Source: the human T2T-CHM13v2.0 reference genome, Homo sapiens
DNA length: 64,000 nt
Direction: 5' to 3'
Assembly: GCA_009914755.4 (NCBI GenBank)
Contig: CP068257.2
Coordinates: 23,744,001 to 23,808,000 of the forward strand
A model generated the notes under the pieces. That model was not told the origin of the DNA, made no database searches, and saw nothing but the letters and a program-made list of their open reading frames with translations. Position numbers and translations under genes: made by a program. Positions 23,881-36,300 of the stretch are shown here, one piece after another; position 1 is the first letter of the stretch; each line of letters opens with the position of its first letter.

Positions 23881-25649
23881 TCTTTGCTCAGCCTGTTCAT
23901 TATTTTATTATCTAACCCTTTCATTATTTCATTGCTCTCCAACTTGGGGACACTTTCAAGACTGTCAAGAAGTTACTGACTTCTGAGTCTTTATTATCAA
24001 AGCAAATGAAATAAACCATGGTTTCCTGCCCCTGACACTTCACCATATGGTATTGATGCAGTGACTAGCCACAAAATGCCAGATGGCCCCAAGATATCAG
24101 TTATTCAAGAATAACATCATACCCACTCAGAATACATGTATAACTCCTCCCAAAGGGTAGTATTACTCTTAATTATAAATTCCTTTATCCAGTACTGAAG
24201 ATATATGTCCAAAGCCTAGGACATACTTGTCTAAATATTTGGACATTTAGAAAAGCAATATTAAATTCTCATCATATTGTGTTGTGTCACTGAAAATACT
24301 GGTGTTAGAACATATCCCACAGGTGTCTCGGGGGTTGGTAAATTATCTTAAGGCTCATGTGGAGAGGATATCTAGTAGAGAAACTCCCTGGAGAATAAAA
24401 GCACTTATAAATAGAAAATCTCCTTCCAAATGGAACTCATCCATGTTGTTCATCTTACATAGCTAGATCAGGAATGTATTTCTATGAAGGCACTGACTGA
24501 AAGTGGAAATCTACCAACCCGTTAATTGATTTTTATATTGAATAAAATTTTTTACCATAACTATTTTTATTACAATAATTAGGAGCAGTACAGTTCATGA
24601 CAAAAATATTACAGATCTCAGATCGCTTCACAGCATGAAGTTATTTTAAATGCTTATACTCTTATAAACACTTAAAAGTTAATTTTAATTTAAGAATGGT
24701 CATTTTTAATGTTTGATATGACCAACATTCCTAATTTAGCACAACGAAATGATGGAAAACAACTGGGTCACACTGCGTGTGTCCCACCAAAGAAAAAAAA
24801 AAACAAAGCACAATGTACAAAATGTGCATGTTTCTATTGACAGTATATGAAAATAGTTAAAATACATGTTACAGGTAAACATGTAATATTAAGAAATAGT
24901 ACTAGTAAAAAGTTGGCATGCAAAAGAAAATGCAAAAAAAATTCAACATGGCAACACAAGACAGTAGAATCGAAAACTTTTGGATAAAATATTTATATTG
25001 AATAAAATATTAACATAGTATATGCTACACAACTTTGCACAAACCTTCCAAAAGTGATTTTATGTCACTGAGAAGTGACCGAGAACCTTGGACAAGAATC
25101 AATATTGATTTTCCAGGAATATTCCAGGAGAAAAAAGTCTGGGTTGAAGTAATTTCCTTTGTAAGATGAACGGCAAGACCCATACGACCATATTAAAATG
25201 TTGCCACTACAATCTCAGAATTGTGATTGCCAGACACTAACATTTCTGCCAAATAATCTAAATTTTGGTTAGTTAAGCTACAGGAATTTGTACAGAAATT
25301 TTTTTTCCAAGACATGAAAATGAAGAATGCAAATGAATAAAAATGTACTGAGGTGCATTGCTGGAGGAAAATAGCCAAAGTGAAATGACCGATATAGGGT
25401 CTTTATCAATTTACAATTGTATAGCAAGTTGTAAAGTAATGCAATGTATTGTCATTGTCACCAGTTGTTGAATTATAAATTATTTTTCCCTAAAGTTCCC
25501 ACTTTCCCTTTCCTATCTATTCAGCCAATTCAGGCAAATAGTCCATTCTGAGTTATTTCCTGAGGATGCAGGTGTGACAGGGTAGAGTGCAAAAAGGAAA
25601 CTTCCTCTAAGTCTCTGATTTATATGTTTCCAAAATCTTAAAGCTAAAA

Positions 25650-26330
25650 GGGGTTTATTTTTAGGGGCAAAAATGAATTTGGGAGGAACCTATCAAGATG
25701 TGAACAGGAAGGGATTTCCCCAGAAGGCTAAAAGCATAGGGAATAGCAGAAGAAAAACAAATTAAGGTGGTTTAGAGACAGAACATTGACTCCACTCTCC
25801 AAATTAGAATTTCAGTGAAGGAGCAAGATACCAATTTAGTATTAAAGCCAGAGAATAAATTTGGATATTTGCCCCTCTTCTTAGATAATAAACCCCGAGA
25901 AGTGATAAAGCCCCACATTCCATATGAAGGCAAATAGGGTCATAGATAAGTCCCAGGATAAATCCTTTGCCAGAGAATAGCATGGAAGAAATGGAATGAT
26001 GCCCCAGTTTTCAAGCATAGCATGAAAGTACCAGAGTGATCCATTAGACCTGAAGTCCAAGGTAGACAAGAATGAGAATTGTCTTGACAGTTTACTGCAT
26101 GGATTGGTGAGCAAGGACCAAGTGGCACCATGGAATGGTCAGCAGATATCTGTGTGGACAGATGGCTCAAGGACAAGATGAGTCATGCAATACCTCACAC
26201 TTACATAAGTCTCCCTTGAACTTAAACACAGCCCAGGGAAAAGAGAAAGAGTTTTAGTGTCTGATATCCTAGGGAAATGGAGGATTCAAAGAAAAATTCC
26301 ATTAATACATAGAAAAATAATGTTTCTTAC
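25650..26330 (+). mobile_element. ERV1-class (gammaretrovirus-like) pol remnant: RT connection region to start of RNase H. No LTRs seen nearby
   Basis: Translation of 26042-26169 in one frame gives LDLKSKVDKNENCLDSLLHGLVSKDQVAPWNGQQISVWTDGS. Compare MLV-type pol ...[43 protein letters not shown], with the NCLD motif and RNase H TDGS at the same spacing. Upstream, MMPQFSS compares with RVQFGPV. Downstream, after a frameshift, PGKRERVLVSD compares with EGQRKAGAAVTTE. Core call 25990-26300; outer limits approximate. Confidence 0.5.
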
Positions 26331-27157
26331 ACACCTGGTTTAGTTTGGACTGAGATTTGTACCTGTTATGATAGAAAATATAATTACCATTTATAATCTG
26401 AATTACAGGATATGAGTTAGCTTCCACATATCTGATGCCCAGATTTTCCTAATATGAACACAGTTAAACTTTCCTACATGATATGTGGACCCAACATATC
26501 TTCCCTCACATATGTTCTGTAGCTTCATATATTTTGTTCACCGTGTGCATTTCACTTCTCTTTTATTCCTGATTCTCAGAACAACTGTTCTGTGCAAAGC
26601 ATGACAGCATAAAACCTCTCTGTCCTTCAAGGCCTGTGTTCTATTAAGTCTTTTATATGAACTATCATTTATTGTACATCAACCATACCAGGAACTTTAC
26701 AAGGACTACCTCTTCTTCACAAACATAAAAACATTCAAATTCAGCATCATAATCCCCTTTTTACAGGCAGAAAGCATGGGCTTGGAAAGGCTAAGTAACT
26801 CCCTTACTTTGGTAAGGCAGGCAAGCTTCAAAATCTTTTCTATTTCTAAACCTCCAGCCCAAGTTGATTTTTAGATGGTAACCTTTTGAATGTATTGTCC
26901 ATTCTACCCAAATGTCTCCATAATACATACTACTTAATTTTCTTTTTTTACTTTTTTAAAATCATACAACTAGGCTCTTGTCCTAGTCATTATTTGTATA
27001 TTAAATTTACCTTTTAAGCCAAATTGGAAATCATCAAAATTCACAGATGAGGCATCATTTAGGAAAAACTTTTTCTCTATTTTTAACTTTTTGCAAAATA
27101 CTATTGCTCTTCCAGAAATATTTAAGCTTGCCATGGTCTCAAGTGGTAGTTGAAAAA

Positions 27158-27368
27158 TGAAAACACATGGACACAGGGAGGGGAACATCACACATGGGGG
27201 CCTGTCAGGGGGTGAGGGGCTAGGGGAGAGATAGCATTAGAAGAAATACCTAATGTAGGTGACGGGTTGATGGGTGCTGCAAACCACCATGGCACGTATA
27301 TACCTATGTAACAAAACTGCACGTTCCGCACATGTACCCCAGAACTTTAAGTATAATAATAAAAAAGA
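27158..27368 (+). mobile_element. L1PA-type 3'-UTR terminal fragment (about 210 bp) with A-rich end
   Basis: gaaaacacatggacacagggaggggaacatcacacatgggggcctgtcagggggtgaggggctaggggagagatagcattagaagaaatacctaatgtaggtgacgggttgatgggtgctgcaaaccaccatggcacgtatatacctatgtaacaaaactgcacgttccgcacatgtaccccagaactttaagtataataataaaaaa matches the last about 200 bp of primate L1PA elements. Confidence 0.75.
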
Positions 27369-28388
27369 CATTTTTTTTCCTCTTTTCTTCTAGATGCTTA
27401 CACTATCTCTCTTCTTGCCCCGACAACTAAGATTTTTAAGAGTGGCTGCATTCCCTGTAGTCTCTAGCTCACCTCCTATTCACTCCCCACCCCGCTGCAA
27501 TCTGGTTTTCTCTCACTAAGCCACTAAGGGCTCTTTGTGATGTTACCAGTGAGCTACTTGCTGCTAAACCCAATGGACACTGATTGGTCTTTATCTAATT
27601 GATTATTGTGACACAAAAATATAACTAAGGAGGAAGAAGAGAGATTATCTGCCTTGAGCACTTTTTCCATAAGTGAAACATTTAAAGCTTTATTATTGAA
27701 GTAATATGTTCACATAACCAAGATAGTTGTCAACACCATGGTGCAAGGAAATAAAAGGAAAGAGTGTAAAAGCTAAATAGCAAGACCCAGAAAGAAGAGA
27801 GTGGAGGTATTACTCCTTTTTGAACAGCGAGTTCCCCATTACCTAATAATGGCCACGCAGGACATGCTGCATTGATAGAGGAACTTGGAATCCTCTTCTT
27901 AAACACTGTGTCCCTTGGCTCTCAGGCACCTCTCAGCCCCACATCTTCCCCATGTACCACTTCCATTGCCTGGACCTCTGTTATCCCAGAAAATTTCTAT
28001 TAGAAATCCTTCTAATTTCTACTCATGTTTCAAGTCTTCACTTCATATCTCCTCATCATAGAGGGCTTCCATGATTCTCCAGGATTAAATTCCCCTTGCT
28101 TTAGACAACTTTACAACCTCTTTTGCAATGCTCATCACAGTTGTTACCACTAATGAATTATTCAATAATATTGAATATCTGTCTTGGCTGACTGTGATCT
28201 TCAGGAAGACAAATGGAGATCATCTTTCATGTTCACTGATATAGCCCTAGGGCCTAATAGAGTGCCTGGCAAATTATAAATGCTTGATGATTGTTCCCTG
28301 CATTGTTGAATTGAATTGTGCTGAATTGAAATTTTCTTAAACCAATATTTCTATCACATTTTAGAAGGTGCATTTGCAATATAGGGAG

Positions 28389-29150
28389 TGTCTTGATCAG
28401 TTTGGGCTACTGTAACAAAATACCATAGACTAGTACTTAAACAACAAACATTCTTGAGGCTGGAAGTCTGAGATCAGGGTCCAATCATTGTGGGATTCTA
28501 ACAAAGATCCCCTTCTGGGTTGCAGACTTCCAACTCCTCAATGTATCCTCCCATGGTGGAAAGAGAGCAAGAGCTCTCTGTCCTCTTCTTATAAGGGCAC
28601 TAATCCCATTTGTGAGGGCTCCATCCTCATGACCTAATTACCTCCTGAAGACTCCACCTTCAAATACCATCTGTGTTAGGCCATTCTTGCTTTGCTATAA
28701 AGAAATGTCTGAGACTGGATACTTTATAAGGAACAGAGGCTTAATTGGCTTGGAGTTCTACACGCTGTACAGGAAGCATGGCCCTGGCATCTGCTGGGCT
28801 TCTGGGGAAGCCTCAGGGAGCTTTTACTCATGGCAGGAGGCAAAGCGGGAGCAGCCTTCTCACATGGCCAGAGCGGGAGCAAGAGTAACAGTGGGGAGTC
28901 GGGGAAGGTGCTGCACACTTGTAAACCACCAGATCTCACGTGAACTCAGTGCGAGGGCTCACTTATCATGAAGGGGATGGCCCAAGACATTCCTGAGGGA
29001 TCCACCTCAATGATCCAAACACCTCTACCAGGCCCCACCTGGCCCCATGTAATTGGGAATTATATTTCAGTATGAGATTTGGGTGGGGACAAATATTCAA
29101 ACTATATCACCATCACATTGTGGGTTAGATTTTGAAATACAAATGTTAGA
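28389..29150 (-). mobile_element. MLT1-type (ERVL-MaLR) LTR, minus strand, split into 28389-28671 and 29115-about 29150 by a nested LTR
   Basis: Reverse complement of the MLT1 LTR: tgtcttgatcagtttgggctactgtaacaaaataccatagactagtacttaaacaacaaacattcttgaggctggaagtctgagatcagggt...cctcccatggtggaaagagagcaagagctctctgtcctcttcttataagggcactaatcccatttgtgagggctccatcctcatgacctaattacctcctgaagactccaccttcaaataccatc. After the insert it continues acattgtgggttagattttgaa (compare ...acattgggggttagggcttcaacatatgaattttgg). Confidence 0.75.
28672..29109 (-). mobile_element. MST/THE1-like (ERVL-MaLR) solo LTR, minus strand, nested in the MLT1 LTR, with 5-bp TSD
   Basis: tgtgttaggccattcttgctttgctataaagaaatgtctgagactggatactttataaggaacagaggcttaattggcttggagttctacacgctgtacaggaagcatggccctgg...caccagatctcacgtgaactcagtgcgagggctcacttatcatgaaggggatggcccaagacattcctgagggatccacc...gtaattgggaattatatttcagtatgagatttgggtggggacaaatattcaaactatatca is the reverse complement of an MST/THE1 LTR. 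Direct repeat CCATC at 28667-28671 and 29110-29114. ORFs 28687..28971 (+) and 28724..28939 (-) lie inside it and are spurious. Confidence 0.8.
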
Positions 29151-29319
29151 CACAAACATTCTATCCATAACAGGGAACATTGAAGGAAGGAGATTATTAT
29201 GATGGTAAATGTCTACAAGTTCTGTCAATAATGAATAGTCTACTGAAGAGATCTTACAGAAGAAAAAAGCATTTAAAGTCTATCATATGTGTTTATTAAA
29301 GGGCAAAATATTTCTGTTA

Positions 29320-29572
29320 GATAGGAGGAATAAGCTTTAGTGATCTATTGCACAGAATGGTGATTATAAAAAACAATTAAAGAGTAGATTTTAAATGTTC
29401 CCACCACAAAAAAATAATGAGTATGTGAGGGGATGAATTTGTTAATTAGTTTGATTTAATCATTCCACAATGTAAACAAATATCAAAACATCACATCAAG
29501 ACCCCATAAATATATAATATATACCAATTATTTATAATATTTGTTAATTAAAAATAAAGTTAAAAAACATTT
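29320..29572 (+). mobile_element. L1 (old L1M/L1P-type) 3'-UTR terminal fragment
   Basis: gataggaggaataagctttagtgatctattgcacagaatggtgattataaaaaacaattaaagagtagattttaaatgttcccaccacaaaaaaataatgagtatgtgaggggatgaatttgttaattagtttgatttaatcattccacaatgtaaacaaatatcaaaacatcacatcaagaccccataaatatataat... A-rich end. Confidence 0.65.
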
Positions 29573-32500
29573 TAAAGACTGCATAGAGACAATTGAAGAA
29601 CTTTTTCTAAAGCCTATATATTAGATAATGGTATTATATCAATTTTAAATGTCTTGAGTGTGATCACTGCATTGTGGGTTTGAGGAGAATCTTCTTGTTC
29701 TTCTGAGATACTCATTTAAGTATGTAGGAGTGAAGTGTCATGAATAAGGAGTGAAGTGTCATGCAAAGCTAAAGCAACTAATTCTCAAATAATTGAATTT
29801 AAAACATGCGCATGTAAAATAGTAAATAAAGCCCATCGTACAGAAGAGATACTGGAAGAGATTTGCTGCATAAGACAAAACTAGAACACAGAGGAAAAGT
29901 TCAGCTCCATATAAGGAATGACTTTAACAATCAGAAGCTAACAAAAAAGTGGCATCCATTTTAATAAATAAGAGCAGTCCCCCCACCCCGCCCCACTCTG
30001 CTCTAGTGGAGACAAGCATGATCTTGAGAAGGTATTTTCTCATTGAACAGGCAGTTGTAGAGTATGAATCCTATGGTCTTTCCACCAGGTTAGATTTCCT
30101 TTATAAGTGAAGGAATAGTAGAAACTCATATTCACCCTTCTTTCCTTTAAGCTATCCCAAGCATAAAAAGTTGCATAGAGAAAAGTTGAACATGAACTCC
30201 ATAGAAAAGAACTGTGTTTAACACACACTGTTGTCATGTTTTTTTGTTCTAATAGAGAATAAACTTGTCTTATGTTCATTGTGTTTTCAGTTAAGGTTTG
30301 TTTGGTTGATTGATTGGTTTATTTGTTTTTTATTATCTATAGATGTATAATCCATGCAAACAACTTAGCATACTTTGCTCTTCCTTCTGAATTCTCTAAC
30401 CCAAATTTGTACTTCAACTAGGAACAGTTGCTCAACAAACATGAACATGTGCTTGCTTATTGTTTGGTGGATAACCTTATTATTCAAAAATTCAATAAAT
30501 ATTTCTATGGATGTCCAAAGTTTCCAGTCAGTTCATATCCATTGAGACATGGCTGGTAGCAAAAACTAGCTTGTCAAACACTTTAGAGAGGGAAAATTAA
30601 TTTTTAAACAAAATCATGAAGCCATAATATTAGTTTAACTGATATTAGGATTCTGGGGTTAAACACACTTTCTGCATTAGTAATCACTCTATTTCACTTT
30701 CTTTCTGTCTGGCCTTTCTTAATTCTCATTACCAGGGGAAAAAACAGTAATTTTGTGAATACTGCGGCATTTGGAATTAAAAATAATTACACAAACAGTT
30801 TTCCAACAGCACAGAGACAGTATCTGAACTGAGACCTTTTTTCTGCATGCATTACTTCCAACATTACTTTGTCTTTCTCTACCATTCAGCAATATAACAC
30901 ATACACACTTTTTTTATGAAGAGAATCAAAACGTTTTCTTTTAAGAAAAGTTATTTTTCTGTTTTTAGAAAAGTTTAAAAAGCCCACTTGAAGGGGGAAA
31001 TTACTAAATTAAATTTGATATGAACAAACATGCCAAATAATAGCATAATTATAATTATTTTCTCCCTTTTGGTACTCATTCTTTAGACTACAGAGTATTT
31101 TTATTCAATTTTTCAATGTAGTACAGAGATAGACCAGACGTTGGGAAATACATAGGGAAAGTAAGTGAAAAGACACATATCTAACAATAAAGGGTAGAGA
31201 GATGGAAGTATGGGTTGGGATATGGTAGAAATCAGGGCAGGAGAAGGCACCATCCCTTCTACAGCCAGAGACTTTGTGGTTCATGGGTAGCCTAGATCAA
31301 GTAACCAGACAGTGAGAGTCTGGTCAGAGCCCAGTGATCCTCTACAGCTCTGAAGATTGGTTAGATGAGTGGCACACTTCAAAGGCTCTAATCCCACTCT
31401 ATCTTAGAGTTCTCTAACTTAAATACATCAGACATTCTCACTACTGGAAAAATGAAGTAGATGTATTTTTCCCCATTCCTCCTGCTCTTCTCCCAACTAC
31501 GAGTTAAAGAAAAGAAAAAAAGACACTAGGACATTATATAAAAAACAGACATAAGAAGACTTTGAAATGTGGAAAGAAGAATGCAGGCTGCCTAGGGACC
31601 TCGGGACCCAAGGAAAGACATAGTAGTGAGTTTTCTAGGCTTCTGTTTCTTTGGGTTTTCTATGCCTCATCTATCCCAAGTCAACAATCCAGAAATACCA
31701 ATATGTATGGGCAAAAAAAAAAAAAAAAGCCCAAAGAAAGCTTGCTCTTATTATCCAAAAAAGAGCATCCCGGAAAGATAGAAAATTTTTAGAAAATAAG
31801 CATTCTACTCTAGCCAGGCACTATAGAAAATAACTGTATGCTCCCAAACAAAGGCCAAGTTGGGCACCTTTGCTAACTCTAATGAGGCACCCCAAGCCTC
31901 CCACCAGAGTGATATCAAAGAAAGCCCAGATGGAAGCAGAGGTTTTTATGATGCCAGGCAATGAGAAGACCTCACCTTCATCCCTGAGGTGTTGGCAGGG
32001 AGGCTGGACTTCCAGCCTCACTCCTCAAGTCCCCACTAGCTTATCAACAGAGGAGGTCCAGAGGAAACTTAGAACAAGCTCAGTGGTAAAAAGGACATCC
32101 TTGTCTCATAGTGACAGTGGAGCCACTCCTGCCTCTCCATGCCAGGGTGATGTCACAGAGAACCAGGGAAAAGCCTGAAGTCTCCTGCCCATTCAGCAGT
32201 AATAAGAATTGCCTATCTTCAGGAGTCAACAGAGGCTGACTTGGGAACTGGGACTTCAATACTTGTAGCCCCACCTGGAAATAAGGAGACAGTGCCCCTT
32301 TCACCCACCAAAGCATTACCAGAAGAAGACTGTTATACCAGATCAATAAGATCCAGAGTCTGATAATACCCTAAATGTCCAGGTTTCTATCAAAAATCTC
32401 TTATACTAGGAACTGGGAAAATCTCAACATAAATGAGAAAAGATAATCAACAAACACCAACACCAAAATGACACAAAGGCCAGGAATATCTAACAATAAT

Positions 32501-32931
32501 TTTAAAACAGCAATTATAAAAAAGCTTCAATAAACACTTATGAATGTGTTTGAGACAAACGAAAAACAGAAAGTCTCAGTGAAGAGATAGAAGATATAAA
32601 GAAGACCCAAATGGAAATTTTATAATTGAAAAATACTATACCTTAAAAAAATTAATGGATAGTCTCAACAGCAGAATGGAGAGGAAAAAAGGATCAGTGA
32701 AGTTGTAGAATAGGACTTTTCCAATTTGAACAACAAAGAGCAAATCGACTGGGAAAAAACTGAACAGAGCCTCAGGGACCTATGGGACAATCACCAAATA
32801 TCTAATATCTGTGTCACTGATTAGTCTCAGAAAGGAGGGAGAAAGAGATTGGGTCTAGGAAAAGTATTCAGAGAGAGTCTGAAGATCTCAGCAATACTAG
32901 CTCCCTGCATTTCCCACCCCACACATCCTCA

Positions 32932-33334
<403 letters not shown>

Positions 33335-36300
33335 GATTTTGATAAAGTGTGTATGAGTTTAAAACTCCTTTTCTGACCCTAAAAATTTCCCAGTTCACTT
33401 TCTTTTATTCTGGTCCCTGACCATGATGCAAACCTGAGAAATCCACCAGAGACATAAAGTGGAGCTGTCAGTAGGACTGCACCCCAAATCAGGCAGTCTA
33501 GGCTGTGTTTGACTGTGGAGGAGAGGGAGGCAGGTGGGGCCACTCTGACCCGCAGATTTTATGTCCCGAGAAGGAGCAAAGAACTCTGCCACCATCCTGC
33601 TTCCTCTAACAAAGCCCCTGACAGAGCAGTCATGAGTAATGCTTCGACCTGGAGACCACCTAAGAATTTTATCTTTAAACAGTTAAAGAAGAGCTGTGAT
33701 TTTCAAAGTTTCTGCCAATCCTTATATTGTTAAATGTGCATTGCCAACCCGCAGTTTGTTTGAGAGAACATTTTATTGGGACTTTTTGTTACAAAAGGCA
33801 ATGTCTAGGGCAGAGTCTGGAATGAGAAGGTTGACACAAAGGAAGCTAAATAGCTAAATTGTTCCATTTAACAAATGATCGGTAAGTTCCACATGCAGTA
33901 ATAATGTGTGTTGTAAAAAGGTTTTGTCTGAAATGGGTGGGAGGTGAATTTAAGGACTTGAAGAAAAGGGGGAAAAGACTGTGGCACAAGAGAGCAGACC
34001 CACAAAAATAGTAGCAGGCCAGGAGCCAAAAAAAAAAAAAAGCATAAAAAATATCAGTCCCCTAAAGCAGAAATGGCTAATGAACTTAGGAAAGGTGATT
34101 CACTTATTCTATTTGAGGTCGTTTCCTTATTTGTGCTACATGACCAAACCTTCAGGTAAAGTAAATTCTCTGTTACAGCCCTGAGTTAATGATACAGAAG
34201 GTTTTGAAGGAAAGGTACTCCTTTCTGGCTTGGAATGAATTGGTATAGGCAGGAGACAGGTACCAGGAGGATAATAGCTCCAGAGCTAAAGAAAGTGATA
34301 TAGGAAATGGATACTAGGAAGTTTGTCAAATGGGAGAATATATAAGCCAAGAGCATCTTGTACCCACTTCTTTTCACTCATTGACTCAGGGAAATACGAG
34401 AAAGGGTATTAGTCAACTGCATCACTTATTGAATTTGTGGAAGAAGGGCTCATTTATTGAATTTGTATTTGAAAGGACAGCGTAACCTCAGAAGGCTGAA
34501 TGACTTGGAGCTACTTGGCTCACAAATTTCTTCTTCCTGAATATTTTTGAAATCTTGCAACTTACAGTACTTACCATTGAGCATCCCAAAGATTTCCAAG
34601 TAGATGTGGGGAACCTTGTCCCTTAGGGTATGGCATGAGTTTGTGCATGTGTTCTGCTCAGGGTTCCCTGTCAACAAATGAGACAAATACAAAAATTACA
34701 TAAATCTTGCCTAGTAAATAGAGGGAAGATATTCTAAGACAATGACAATTAAAAAAAAAATAGTCCGTCAAGTTGTCCTTGGCTGGACCTAACCATCAAT
34801 GAGAAAATGCATGCACAGGCTGGGAGGAAAATCATATTACGTGTTATGTGGAAACAAAACAGAAAAGTACTGGCCTTATTAGGTTACCACTTAAGAACCC
34901 TGCCGCTTAGGCTGGTGTCTTGGTTTGAGTCTTCCCCATAGCAGAGCCTAAGACAAGGACTTAGACTTGGGGGCAAGTGGTTTATTTGGAAGGAGATATC
35001 AGGAAGCTGAAATAAATGAGCAGAAGAGTGAGAAGAAGGAAAGGAAACATAAGGCTGTGTTATAAATGTGGGTTTTTTCTGCCGGGCCCTCTGAGAAGCA
35101 AACCAAACGCCCTGCAGTCATCCCCTTCCACCTCTCCCACTTCTGGCCAAAGACAAGAGGCTGAAAATTTTCTCCAACAGCTTCCCATTGTCCTTGGTTA
35201 ATGATTGCCCAAGGACAAAAATCCCTGCCTCTTCCAGTGTCCTCTTTCCTGAGCCAAATCCCAGGAAAACAGGAGATAGCTGCCAGCAAGAGATGAGTCT
35301 CTGAACTCTGAGAGATTGTCCACTGACACAGTGGCTGAAATCAGTAAGGGGCCGAGAGGAAGAGATGCAAAGTACCAAAAGCATCTGCCACTGCTCAGCG
35401 TTGAAAGTGGCCATACAAGTTCACATGGTGTCCTTGTTTTCAGTTCCTATGTACTTGTAAGTGGCAGCCACAGAGTAGAATTCAGACTTCCTGTCTCCAG
35501 AGAAGTGAAGCTTTTCTTCTTCATCATGCCTCCTGCCAAGAATTCAACCTTCAGCAAATCAACTCATCCACTTTTCAATTGCATCATGATGAGTAGGGTT
35601 GAAAGATAATATCTGTCACCACCCTCAAGAAGTGTGTAATTCACTGATAGAAACAGACATATAAAGAGATCGATTTTAATAGCATAGTGAGGATGAGAGA
35701 GGTACATACACAGACACAAGGCACTAGAAAAAGGCAGAGATGGCTCCCTGAGCCCAGCCTAGAAAGTGGAACACAAATGCCTGAAGGGGGCGTTACAGGT
35801 GCATAGAAGAACATGAAAAAGACCGTAGTAAAAAGCAAACCACCATGCTGTGTGCTTCTGTTTTTCTCGTTTGTTTCTTCCAACTGTTTTTGAATTGACA
35901 AATAAAAATTTTATATATTTATGGTGTACAACGTGGTTTAATTTTATGTGTACATTGTGGAATGGCTAAATCAAACAAATTAACATATGCATTACCTCAC
36001 ACTCAGTAATTTTCAAGTATACAGTATATTGTTATTAATTATAGTCATCATGATATATAATAGATCTCTTGAACTTATTCTTCCTGTCTAACTGAAATGT
36101 TCCTCCAACTTTTGGAACTGATGATAGCTTTTTCTTCACAGTTTTTAGGTGTAATAACTTTCACGTTTCATCCCATGAAGACAGGCTATTTCTGTCTTTC
36201 TTATTTCTCTACTCCCACTACAAACTTAAGAGACTCTCCATATTTGGTAAATGATTTAAAGAATGAAGGAAGGAGTGATTTTTATAATCTCTTTAAATTC

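Noticed and set aside
35895-36095. Possible old repeat fragment (…tttatggtgtacaacgtggtttaattttatgtgtacattgtggaatggctaaatcaaacaaattaacatatgcattacctcacactcagtaattttcaagtatacagtatattgttattaattatagtcatcatg…)
   Set aside because: It looks like a common human interspersed-repeat 3' end. I cannot assign it to a family with confidence from memory, so it is left unannotated and needs RepeatMasker.
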